In this document: positions 1 to 6,946 of the stretch, piece by piece
How the letters are laid out: every line of letters starts with the position of its first letter
Position numbering within the stretch: position 1 is the first letter of the stretch
DNA from: a virus
Taxonomy: Duplodnaviria > Caudoviricetes
DNA: 25,300 nucleotides
IMG/VR virus record: IMGVR_UViG_3300042315_000461
Coordinates: 1 to 25,300 of that record
Strand: one strand, 5' to 3'
The notes under the pieces: generated by a model
What the model was told of the DNA's origin: nothing
Seen by the model: only the letters and a program-made list of their open reading frames with translations
The model's database searches: none
Position numbers and translations under genes: made by a program

Positions 1-179
1 CGCTCGCCCTCGGTCAGATTCCGCCCCGCGATGAGGTCGAGCAGCGCGTCACGAGCTCGCCGCCGAGCACACCCCTCGTCGCGGTCGCGAGTCGGGCGGT
101 TCGTGAGGATTGCGCGCGAATCAGGCGCCACGAGAATTGAGAGCAGCGCGTCGAGATGTCCCGGGTCAATGCTTACCAT
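1..179 (-). CDS. Hypothetical protein, 5' part only (MVSIDPGHLDALLSILVAPD...), runs off the window edge; its position after the initiator would suit a helicase loader/replication accessory
   Basis: ATG at 179-177 overlaps the end of the initiator ORF and is preceded by GAGGAGGG; frame is open to position 1. Function inferred from position only. Confidence 0.6.
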   Translation of the reverse strand, partial: MVSIDPGHLDALLSILVAPDSRAILTNRPTRDRDEGCARRRARDALLDLIAGRNLTEGE

Positions 180-1051
180 CTCTCACCCTCCTCTGCCGAT
201 TCCTGCACGGTCGCCCACGCGGCATTGACGGACTTGCGCCCTGCCGGGCCTTGGCGCCCCCCAGAAGGCGCGCGGACGGGTCGGGTGCTGTCGTGTATGC
301 CCTCGGCCACGATGCGGCCTAGGAGAGCCAGCGACGGCCCGCTGCCGCCTGCGACCTCTGCCGCCCGCTGGATGCAGGCGAGGACGTGCGGCGCTCCCTT
401 GGCCTCGACGTGGCGCTGGATGGCGTCCGCGTCGAGCGCCCCGACCATCATCGGTGCCGAGCCTCGTGCACTGCGCAGCGCCAGACGCCACGCCTCGAGG
501 CAGCCCGAGAGCCCTTCCGGTGCTGGAGCCGTCGCCGCCGCTGCCTCGTGCGCGCGCCCCTGCGTGCGCGTGGGAGCTGCGTCAGCAGCGACCTGTATGT
601 CCTGTCCTGTGTGTACTGTATGTCCTGTACTGTAGGCGTGACCGTCACGCGACGTCACGTGACGTAACGTTACGTCACCGTTACTCGCCGTTATGTCACG
701 TGACGTCGCGTGACCGTCCGTTACGTCACCGTTACGCCGTGACGCTCGGTGACGCCGCTGCCTCTCGGCGCCGGTGTTGTCCCGCTGGTACTCGTCCCAG
801 CCCGCCACGAGGTACGCGTCGCCATCGACGATGAGCAGGCCGACCTCGAGCAGATGGTCGAGCGCCGCCTGCCACGCCTCCGGCGACGGTCCCCACAGGT
901 AGGCCATAATTCGCGCGGTGCACTCCCGCATCTTGACTCGCCCGTCGCCGGCCTTCGCTCGAGCGACGACAGCAGGCCACGCCCACGCGTGACCGGACGC
1001 GCAGAGACGCCCGTCCATCGGTACATCGCAGTCTATGCGGACCCAGCTCAC
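173..1051 (-). CDS. Phage replication initiator / replisome-organiser-like protein (~292 aa)
   Basis: GTG at 1051 in a GTGA overlap with the upstream stop. N-terminal 'SWVRID', winged-helix-like 'ALDHLLEVGLLIVDG', 'WDEYQ...AERQRRHR' motif, then a repeat-encoded linker. This layout is typical of lambdoid O-like initiators downstream of a cro-like gene. Confidence 0.75.
   Translation of the reverse strand: MSWVRIDCDVPMDGRLCASGHAWAWPAVVARAKAGDGRVKMRECTARIMAYLWGPSPEAWQAALDHLLEVGLLIVDGDAYLVAGWDEYQRDNTGAERQRRHRASRRNGDVTDGHATSRDITASNGDVTLRHVTSRDGHAYSTGHTVHTGQDIQVAADAAPTRTQGRAHEAAAATAPAPEGLSGCLEAWRLALRSARGSAPMMVGALDADAIQRHVEAKGAPHVLACIQRAAEVAGGSGPSLALLGRIVAEGIHDSTRPVRAPSGGRQGPAGRKSVNAAWATVQESAEEGERW
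591..745. repeat. Putative replication origin: iteron-like GTCAC/GTGAC/GTTAC repeat block with adjacent lower-GC strand-biased tract
   Basis: Perfect 20-bp inverted repeat 644-663/695-714; 20-bp palindrome 659-678; 17-bp direct repeat CGTTACGTCACCGTTAC at 668-684 and 719-735; 13-bp direct repeat CTGTATGTCCTGT at 593-605 and 616-628. All lie inside the initiator gene. Confidence 0.7.
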
Positions 1052-1251
1052 GGCGCGACCGTGCCAGGTGTCGAGGTCGGTGCAGCCTCGCGCCACAGGC
1101 CGCGACGCTTAAGCCGCCGCCGTGCATCGGCCGACGAGGGCCGCGCGCCGCGTGCGACCCACCGCCACGCGGTCGAGAAATCCACACGCGCGATGTGCGC
1201 GAGGTCTGCGATGGTCATGTGGTCGCCGTGGAACCGTTCAAGGTCGAGCAT
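1048..1251 (-). CDS. Cro-like helix-turn-helix protein (67 aa)
   Basis: ATG at 1251 preceded by GAGGAGGG; 'TIADLAHIARVDFSTAWRWVARG' fits an HTH pattern. Confidence 0.75.
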   Translation of the reverse strand: MLDLERFHGDHMTIADLAHIARVDFSTAWRWVARGARPSSADARRRLKRRGLWREAAPTSTPGTVAP

Positions 1252-1297
1252 CGTCTGCGCCCTCCTCAGCGCGTGATACACAGTGCGCACATTTTGT

Positions 1298-1374
1298 TTG
1301 CGGGCGCAAGTGTCGTGCGCGCGAATGACGCGCCACGACTTGCGGTGCAAGGTCGGATGCAAGTTGCAACGCAA
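1298..1374. promoter_or_regulatory. Intergenic control region with TTGC-N3-GCAA palindromes (candidate operators)
   Basis: TTGCGGTGCAA at 1340-1350, TTGCAACGCAA at 1364-1374 and an N4 variant at 1298-1309. The same core occurs at 3113-3123 (one mismatch) and 6931-6941. Confidence 0.5.
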
Positions 1375-1387
1375 GATGCAACCAGCG

Positions 1388-1816
1388 TCAGAGCGGGATG
1401 ATCAGTTGCTCTGGCTCGGCTCGCAGCGCACGAGCGACGGTCGTCGATTGAATCGGCCCGCCGGTGCGCGACCGAAAGCCCTCACCACTCAGCGCCGCAG
1501 CGATCTTTCTGATGCTCAGGCCAGATGCGCGAAGCTGATGCATCCGGAACAACAAGGCGCGCTCTGTTGGGTCGATGGTCAACGCGCCAGAAGTTTTGCT
1601 ATAGCCAAGTGGAGGGTGGCCAGGCGGCACGCCTCCATGCTTCCTGATGCGCGCGTGAGCCTCGCGAATCATGGCCGAGATGGCCATATCCTTGTCGTGC
1701 ACCTTACCGTGGCAGGGCTCGCAGAGCGGGACAGTCCTTGTGCCCCCCCTGCTGCGCGGGACCACGTGATGGTCATGCAGGGGAGGAGCGGCGTCGCACT
1801 CCCAACAGGATTGCAT
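1388..1816 (-). CDS. HNH endonuclease domain fused to a serine-recombinase 'Recombinase'-type DNA-binding domain (142 aa)
   Basis: CWEC...HDHHVVPRSRGG...LCEPCHGKVH (Zn-HNH) followed by GG.PP..PPLGY...LTIDPTE...GLSIRKIAAALSGEGFRSRTGG...STTVARAL (PF07508-like). Confidence 0.8.
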   Translation of the reverse strand: MQSCWECDAAPPLHDHHVVPRSRGGTRTVPLCEPCHGKVHDKDMAISAMIREAHARIRKHGGVPPGHPPLGYSKTSGALTIDPTERALLFRMHQLRASGLSIRKIAAALSGEGFRSRTGGPIQSTTVARALRAEPEQLIIPL

Positions 1817-1823
1817 CCGGCAC

Positions 1824-2366
1824 CTACTCGCCCCGCTCGATAGCCGCCATGTCGGCGGTCATGAGCGCGGGCATGATTGCGGCCGCTGCGTCCTCGATGG
1901 CCGGCGCGATGGCAAGCATGAGCCGCTCCGCCTCGGCGCCCCGGAGTTGCGCGCGGCCGGCGACGCCCATCGGCAGACCGAGCGCGCGCCAGAGCGCGTC
2001 GAGCATGCGGCCGGCGAGGATGTCGGCGTCAGCGGCGACGCCGAACCCGGAATCCCCGGTCGTGACGGTCGCGCCCAGGTGGCGCCAGTGCACGGCCCCG
2101 AGCTGCGACAGCGGCGTCATCAGCGGCGCCGCGAGCACTGCTCCGCGCACGTCGACACCCCGCGCCCTGACTTGGCACGGCCTCGTGACCCCGCCCTGCG
2201 TCGAGCGCCCCGCGGTCAACGGGTCAGGCATCGCAGGCGGGTCGCCGACCATGCCGCCCCGGCGCCACGCGGCGAGCTCGGCCTCGAACGCGACCCACTC
2301 CGGCCCGTGCTCGTAGGCATACTCCGCGCGGCGCTCTGGGCGCTCGTTGTCGCTCGTGGTGCTCAT
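1824..2366 (-). CDS. Hypothetical protein (180 aa)
   Basis: ATGA overlap with the upstream gene; protein-like composition; no family recognised. Confidence 0.7.
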   Translation of the reverse strand: MSTTSDNERPERRAEYAYEHGPEWVAFEAELAAWRRGGMVGDPPAMPDPLTAGRSTQGGVTRPCQVRARGVDVRGAVLAAPLMTPLSQLGAVHWRHLGATVTTGDSGFGVAADADILAGRMLDALWRALGLPMGVAGRAQLRGAEAERLMLAIAPAIEDAAAAIMPALMTADMAAIERGE

Positions 2367-2749
2367 CGGCGGGACCCCATGGCAACGATGCGGTCATGCG
2401 TCGACGCCGCGAGCGACTCGACCTCGATGGTCGCCACGAGTCGCTCGGCGACGGCCTGCGCGATGCCGGACCCGACATGCTCGGAGCACGCGCCCATCAG
2501 TATGCTGATGACCCGCTCGTCGTGCATGGCGGACCAGTACGAGCCCGCGATGATGGCAGATACGGGCGTCGGGCTCGGCCCGAGCGCGATGTGCAGGCCG
2601 GACAGCCATCGGAACCGGACATGCGTCCAGTGCGCCGACTGCATGTGTGCCATCGATAGCCCGCACGCGGCGAACCGCTCGCGGACCTCGGGCGTGGCGT
2701 GGGCCAGCACGAGGCCGACCCAATCGGGAGTGATGGACGCGGGAATCAT
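2363..2749 (-). CDS. Hypothetical protein (128 aa)
   Basis: ATGA overlaps at both ends; no family recognised. Confidence 0.7.
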   Translation of the reverse strand: MIPASITPDWVGLVLAHATPEVRERFAACGLSMAHMQSAHWTHVRFRWLSGLHIALGPSPTPVSAIIAGSYWSAMHDERVISILMGACSEHVGSGIAQAVAERLVATIEVESLAASTHDRIVAMGSRR

Positions 2750-2982
2750 ACGGCAGCCGCCTGCGCAGCATGGTAGGCGAGACGCAGAGCGCGGCGCGCG
2801 AGCGCAGCGTCATACACGCCATCCTCGTCACACGGCGACATGACGGCCTCGCCGCAGCCAATGTCGAGCCCGTCGACGGTCACCTCGATGATGCTCGGCT
2901 GCATCTCCTCGAGCCACTCACCGGCGAGACCGAAGCTGTCGACCGTCACGTTGCCCTTACACGACTCGATGCGGATTTCCAT
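2746..2982 (-). CDS. Small acidic hypothetical protein (78 aa), first gene after promoter cassette copy 1
   Basis: SD GAGGAG 7 nt before the ATG at 2982; ATGA overlap with the next gene. Confidence 0.8.
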   Translation of the reverse strand: MEIRIESCKGNVTVDSFGLAGEWLEEMQPSIIEVTVDGLDIGCGEAVMSPCDEDGVYDAALARRALRLAYHAAQAAAV

Positions 2983-2988
2983 GGCATG

Positions 2989-3125
2989 TCTCCTCGCGGC
3001 CCCTCGGCCGCCTCATCACCGCGCCACTGCGGCCCGGTGAACAGACACTCTCACGCCCCGACGCGCCGGTCAATAGCGCACTTGCGCTTTTTGACACTTT
3101 GTTCCGAAGTCGTTGTGCCGCAACG
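2989..3125 (-). promoter_or_regulatory. Early promoter/operator/RBS cassette, copy 1 of an imperfect ~140-bp direct repeat
   Basis: Minus strand: palindrome 3111-3125, TTGACC (3073-3068), 17 nt spacer, TG-n-GAGTGT, GAGG-loop hairpin 2996-3011, then SD GAGGAGA. Long blocks match 6799-6943. Confidence 0.8.
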
Positions 3126-3126
3126 C

Positions 3127-3432
3127 TTACAGCCGCGCGAAAGCGACCCGCAACGAATCGCTACGCCGCACGTCGACCATGCCCGGCACCTCGACGAGCG
3201 CGACCTCGTGCCCATCGAGCGGGCCCGAGCGCACGATGCGCACCTGCCCGGCGTAGGCGTCGAGGCCGAGCCCCTCGCCGTGGGTGAGGGTCATGTGCCA
3301 CGCCCCACGCGAGAGGACGCGCTCCTCGCCGGGGCGCTGCGGCCGCTCGAGGGTGACGAGCGTGCGGGGTCCGTCGATGTGCACGGCGTCGAGGACGGAC
3401 CAGACGCGGGCGTCAGAAGGGGATGGGGTCAT
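3127..3432 (-). CDS. Hypothetical protein (~101 aa, [11 protein letters not shown]...)
   Basis: Only the C-terminal part of the listed 3127..3822 ORF looks protein-like; it fills the gap between ssb and the promoter cassette. ATG at 3432 overlaps the ssb end. Confidence 0.6.
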   Translation of the reverse strand: MTPSPSDARVWSVLDAVHIDGPRTLVTLERPQRPGEERVLSRGAWHMTLTHGEGLGLDAYAGQVRIVRSGPLDGHEVALVEVPGMVDVRRSDSLRVAFARL

Positions 3433-3895
3433 CGCCGAAGCCTCCCCCCTGCGACCCGCCGAAGCCTCCCCCCTGCCCGCTGCCGCCCTGCGTCTGCCCG
3501 CCGCGCCATCCGCCGCCACCCGCACCCGTGCCGCCCGACGCGTTGCCCCGCTGCGGTCGCTCCTCGCCGCCGCCGAGGAAGGTGACCTTGTCAGCGCGCA
3601 CCTCCCACGCCTTCCGGTTGACGCCCTCCTTGTCGGTGTACTCACGGGTCCGGAGCGAGCCCTCGACGTAGACCGACCGGCCTTTCGCCAGGTACTGCCC
3701 GCACAGCTCCGCGGTCTTGCCCCACACGCTGATGGTGTGCCACTCGGTGCGCTCCTGCTTCGCGCCGGCCTTGTCGGTCCACTGCTCCGACGTCGCGAGG
3801 CGCAGCTCGCACACAGGCTCACCGCCCTGCGTGTACCGCACCTCCGGGTCAGCCCCGAGGTTGCCGACCAGAATCACCTTGTTGACCGATGCCAT
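3413..3895 (-). CDS. ssb: Single-stranded DNA-binding protein
   Basis: [22 protein letters not shown]...ERTEWH...[24 protein letters not shown], Gly-rich linker and acidic C-terminal DDPIPF. Confidence 0.98.
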   Translation of the reverse strand: MASVNKVILVGNLGADPEVRYTQGGEPVCELRLATSEQWTDKAGAKQERTEWHTISVWGKTAELCGQYLAKGRSVYVEGSLRTREYTDKEGVNRKAWEVRADKVTFLGGGEERPQRGNASGGTGAGGGGWRGGQTQGGSGQGGGFGGSQGGGFGDDPIPF

Positions 3896-3897
3896 GC

Positions 3898-4692
3898 TCA
3901 CGTCCCTTCGTTCAGTGCCGTGCTGACGCGCACGCGAGTGTCTTCACGCCATTCGCCCAACAGCTTGATCAACTTGGTGCTGATTTCGAAGCGGTCGAAT
4001 ACCAGCAGCGCAGCCGCGAGAATTTCCATGTTTGGGTACGGGTCCGCGCTGCAATGGAAGTTCTGGAAGCGACGGCGAAAGCACCGCGCAACAGGCGTCT
4101 CGCAGTCTTCGTCTTGACAGACGAGGACGCGCCGCTGTTCTGCGACCCATTCAAAATCCTGCCCTTCGAGGACCGCGACGGTTGCCGCGAGCCCAACCCA
4201 GCTGCTCGACATCGCGCGCTTCTGCGTGCCGTTCGTCTCGAGCAGAGCAGCAGCGGTCCGGCCGAATTGTGAGTCTGCGATTGCGCGAATCTGGGTCGGC
4301 CGAGCGATACGTTTGCGCCCGTTCGCGACAGCATCGGCTGCGGTCAGGACGGCCACGAGACGGCGCGAAAGCACCAGACGGTCGCCGACGCTGCGGCGCA
4401 CGCCGCAATCTGTTGCGGCGAACGCAGCCACTGGAACGCCGACTGTGACCATCATCGGCACCGTTGCGCCTGCCTCGACCACCGCAGCGAGCCGGTGTTG
4501 CCCGTCGATGAGCACGCCTGCCGCGTCGAACGCGACCCCCTGGTGCGTCAACTGCCACTCTCCGGCCTTCATCAGCTCCGCGTAACTCTTCACCGTCCCC
4601 GGGCGCATCGGCCGATTGCTCGCGTAGTTCTTCGCCAGCCACAGCGCCGCGAGCACAGGGTCGACCAGCACCACCTCAGACTTCATCTGCAT
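3898..4692 (-). CDS. ParB/Srx-superfamily N-terminal domain protein with DGQHR motif (~264 aa)
   Basis: [47 protein letters not shown]. Start placed at ATG 4692 (6 nt after GAGGAG) because ATG 4698 overlaps the SD. Confidence 0.8.
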   Translation of the reverse strand: MQMKSEVVLVDPVLAALWLAKNYASNRPMRPGTVKSYAELMKAGEWQLTHQGVAFDAAGVLIDGQHRLAAVVEAGATVPMMVTVGVPVAAFAATDCGVRRSVGDRLVLSRRLVAVLTAADAVANGRKRIARPTQIRAIADSQFGRTAAALLETNGTQKRAMSSSWVGLAATVAVLEGQDFEWVAEQRRVLVCQDEDCETPVARCFRRRFQNFHCSADPYPNMEILAAALLVFDRFEISTKLIKLLGEWREDTRVRVSTALNEGT

Positions 4693-4894
4693 CGTCATCT
4701 CCTCGCGCCCCTCGGCGCATCGTCTCGCTGATGTGCGCGGTCAGGTCCACCACGGACTGCCGCGCCTCGTCTCTCTCCTCGAGCAGCCGCCGCACCTCTG
4801 CGCGCAGCCGCTCGACCTCCATCTCTGCCCGCTCCAGCCTCTCGGCCTGTATCGCCCGCACGAGCGCGCGGGCCAAGTGCACCTCGTCACTCAT
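4676..4894 (-). CDS. Small coiled-coil hypothetical protein (72 aa)
   Basis: ATG at 4894 in an ATGAGTGA overlap; heptad-like 'EVERLRAEVRRLLEERDEARQ'. Confidence 0.7.
   Translation of the reverse strand: MSDEVHLARALVRAIQAERLERAEMEVERLRAEVRRLLEERDEARQSVVDLTAHISETMRRGARGDDDADEV
4705..4718 (-). promoter_or_regulatory. GAGG-tetraloop hairpin abutting the SD of the ParB-like gene
   Basis: Minus strand GCGCC-GAGG-GGCGC-GAGGAGA; one of five copies. Confidence 0.6.
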
Positions 4895-5240
4895 GGCCGC
4901 CGTCCTCGTCGCCCTCGTGCCACACGTCGATGACCGGCTCGCGCCGCACCTTCGCACTCCGCAGCCGCTCCGACGCCGGGAGCGAAAGAACGCACCGCGC
5001 GGCGAGTTCCGCCAGCGCCGCCGCGTGCGCCATCGTCGCGGCCTCCGTGGCGTCATGCGCCGCCGTGCACTCGGCCCGCGCGTCGAGGTCTGCGGCCTCG
5101 CACTGCGCAGCGCACGCTGCCACGATGCGCGCCGACTCCTGCGCCATCGACTCCCCCGAGCGCAGCGCGAGTGCGCCGACTGCGACGGCCCCCAGCGCGG
5201 CGCCGATAATGAGGGACACCAGGTCCCATCGGTCACTCAT
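4887..5240 (-). CDS. Hypothetical membrane-anchored protein (117 aa)
   Basis: ATG at 5240 overlaps the recT end; N-terminal hydrophobic helix LVSLIIGAALGAVAVGALAL followed by an Ala-rich helical region with Cys residues. Confidence 0.7.
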   Translation of the reverse strand: MSDRWDLVSLIIGAALGAVAVGALALRSGESMAQESARIVAACAAQCEAADLDARAECTAAHDATEAATMAHAAALAELAARCVLSLPASERLRSAKVRREPVIDVWHEGDEDGGHE

Positions 5241-6033
5241 GGTCGCCCTCCCCCGGATACTCGACCGGCGCCGACAGCGCAGCCTCTCGCCGCGCCCGCC
5301 ACGCCTCGAGCGCGTCGGCCCCGCGCTGCGTGTCGAGGTAGGACGCTGCACCGTTGACGCGCCCGAGCGGCGCCGTGCCGAGGTCGAGGCCGTCGCGCTG
5401 AAGCATCTCCTCGATGTACTCCGCCGCGTCGTCGCCGTGCGCGAGAATGCGCGCCGTGGCGTCGCGGCGCTCGTCGGCAGACTCGGGCGCAGGGACTGCG
5501 GCCGGCGCAGGTCGCGAGGTCGCCACGGGCGCGTCGGTGCCGGCGAGCTCGTCCGGGTCGTACACCCCTGCGACCAGGTCGGGATACACGATGCGCGCGA
5601 GAGCTGCGGCGCACCGCGCCCGGAGCATCGCCTCGGGGTAGGTCTGCCACTGCCCGCCGCCGCGCACGAGGCCGGCGACGCGCGCCTGCTCCATGGTCCA
5701 CGTGAGCACGGTCGGCGAGGCGTCGCCGCGCCGGGTCGTGGAGTAGGTCGCGCGCTCTGCGGTCGACTCCACCATGCGCCACTCGACGCACTGGTCAGAG
5801 CGGCGAACAAGGGCAATGGTGGCGTCCGCCGAGAGGGTGACGCGGCCGCGAATGACGGTGACCATGCGCAGCGCCTGCATGGGACCGATACCGAGTTCGC
5901 GGCCGGTCATCAGGACCAGGAGCGCGTCCTGCGGCTTGCCGCGCAGCGCCTCCGGGGCGAGCGATGACGAGGCGATGACGATGGCGGTCGGGCCGAGCGG
6001 GTCGGCTGCTGCGACGGTGTCTACGATGCTCAT
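5233..6033 (-). CDS. recT: RecT/Red-beta-type single-strand annealing recombinase (266 aa)
   Basis: LRGKPQDALLVLMTGRELGIGPMQALRMVTVIRGR...WTMEQARVAGL...WQTYPEAMLRARC...ARIVYPDLVAGVYDPDEL; SD GGAGG and ATGA overlap at 6030-6033. Confidence 0.9.
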   Translation of the reverse strand: MSIVDTVAAADPLGPTAIVIASSSLAPEALRGKPQDALLVLMTGRELGIGPMQALRMVTVIRGRVTLSADATIALVRRSDQCVEWRMVESTAERATYSTTRRGDASPTVLTWTMEQARVAGLVRGGGQWQTYPEAMLRARCAAALARIVYPDLVAGVYDPDELAGTDAPVATSRPAPAAVPAPESADERRDATARILAHGDDAAEYIEEMLQRDGLDLGTAPLGRVNGAASYLDTQRGADALEAWRARREAALSAPVEYPGEGDHE

Positions 6034-6269
6034 TGCCGCGCCTCCTTCCAGCGTCGCCGCGCTTCGACAATCTCGACCCCGGCGAGCGCGCAGAGGGTCC
6101 GCATGTGGCGCACGTTGGGCCGCGCGTGCCCGTTCGCCCACCGCGACACGGTGGCAGCGCGGACCCCGAGCACGGCCGCGAGTTGCGCGCCCCCGCCGCA
6201 GGAGCCGCAGGCTTCGATTGTGACGTAGGCCGGGACCGCGCCCGGCTCGATGGTGTCGAGGGAAATCAC
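6030..6269 (-). CDS. XRE/Cro-family HTH protein (79 aa)
   Basis: GTGA overlap start; 'GAQLAAVLGVRAATVSRWANGHARP' is a canonical XRE HTH. Confidence 0.85.
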   Translation of the reverse strand: MISLDTIEPGAVPAYVTIEACGSCGGGAQLAAVLGVRAATVSRWANGHARPNVRHMRTLCALAGVEIVEARRRWKEARQ

Positions 6270-6508
6270 CCGAGCACCGCCGCGTTCGCCGCGCTCAGGC
6301 AGGCGCGCGCCCACTCTTTGAGCGTGCACGTCAGCACCACGCGGTCCTCCTCGACGCCGATGCAGTCGACCGTCACATTGCCGCCCTGCTGCCCGCGCAC
6401 GGTGACCGACCACGCATACCGGCTCGGTCGAGCGGCCAACTCCGCCGCGAAGTCGAGCGCCTGACTCTGGGACATCTCCATCGCAGGCGACATTGTAGCC
6501 TGTACCAT
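6266..6508 (-). CDS. Hypothetical protein (80 aa)
   Basis: SD AAGGAGG 5 nt before the ATG at 6508. Confidence 0.75.
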   Translation of the reverse strand: MVQATMSPAMEMSQSQALDFAAELAARPSRYAWSVTVRGQQGGNVTVDCIGVEEDRVVLTCTLKEWARACLSAANAAVLG

Positions 6509-6521
6509 CTCATCCTCCTTC

Positions 6522-6535
6522 GCGCCCCTGGGCGC
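6522..6535 (-). promoter_or_regulatory. CAGG-tetraloop variant of the SD-abutting hairpin
   Basis: Minus strand GCGCC-CAGG-GGCGC-GAAGGAGG. Confidence 0.55.
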
Positions 6536-6630
6536 CGTGCCGTCATCAGTCGCCACCATGGCGTGCAGGTCGCGCCAGCGTGCAGGCTGACGGCGTGCGA
6601 CCCATCGAGACGCCCCGGAGGGCGCGGCGG

Positions 6631-6792
6631 TCAGGCGTCGTACCCGATGGAGCCATCCCTGGCCGCCCGTGCCGCTGCCCTGACGAGAGAAGCGGCCCGC
6701 AGCCTGACGAGCGCGTCGCGCATTCGCTGAATCTGGCGCGCATTCTCCTCCTCAGACACTCGGCGACCTGGCCTTGACTTCTTATTGTCCAT
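6631..6792 (-). CDS. Small basic hypothetical protein (53 aa, MDNKKSRPGRRVSEEENARQIQR...), first gene after promoter cassette copy 2
   Basis: SD GAGGAG 7 nt before the ATG at 6792, the same geometry as copy 1. Confidence 0.75.
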   Translation of the reverse strand: MDNKKSRPGRRVSEEENARQIQRMRDALVRLRAASLVRAAARAARDGSIGYDA

Positions 6793-6798
6793 GCTGTC

Positions 6799-6943
6799 TC
6801 TCCTCGCGGCCCCTCGGCCGCCTCTGCTGTTTTGCACCGTGGCACATCGCCTCGGTGAACAGACCATCGCACAGCCCATTGCGCCGGTCAATAGCCCACT
6901 TGCGCTTTTTGACACTTTCTTCCCAGACCGTTGCGCCGCAACG
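6799..6943 (-). promoter_or_regulatory. Early promoter/operator/RBS cassette, copy 2
   Basis: Palindrome CGTTGCGCCGCAACG 6929-6943, TTGACC (6891-6886), 17 nt spacer, TG-n-GATGGT, hairpin 6806-6821, then SD. Sits at the boundary between tail genes and early genes. Confidence 0.8.
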
Positions 6944-6946
6944 ACC

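Noticed and set aside
591-745. Repeat block as a CRISPR array
   Set aside because: No constant repeat with unique spacers; lies in frame within a gene; no cas genes.
1257-1272. GCGCT-GAGGAG-GGCGC before the cro-like gene as a sixth hairpin copy
   Set aside because: The SD is inside a 6-nt loop rather than 3' of the stem and closure needs a U-G pair; possibly related but not counted.
1388-1816. Calling this gene the phage integrase
   Set aside because: It lacks the N-terminal catalytic serine resolvase domain and is far too short.
3091-3096. Perfect TTGACA on the plus strand in both repeat copies (also 6909-6914), suggesting a divergent promoter
   Set aside because: No -10-like hexamer at 16-18 nt and no credible plus-strand gene; better explained as half of the dyad. 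An antisense RNA cannot be fully excluded.
3435-3479. Tandem CCGAAGCCTCCCCCCTGC repeat
   Set aside because: Encodes the ordinary Gly-rich SSB linker (QGGGFGG twice).
4887-5240. Membrane-anchored helical protein as an i-spanin or holin
   Set aside because: It sits in the early recombination operon with no endolysin or lipoprotein partner nearby.
4887-5250. Two similar gene junctions (CCATGAGTGAC; both upstream proteins end in HE, both downstream ones start MSD)
   Set aside because: Adequately explained by the constraints of an 8-nt ATGAGTGA translational-coupling overlap.
6929-6943. CGTTGCGCCGCAACG (and 3111-3125) as an intrinsic terminator after the upstream stop codon
   Set aside because: Short stem and no U-tract on the coding strand; treated as a candidate operator instead.
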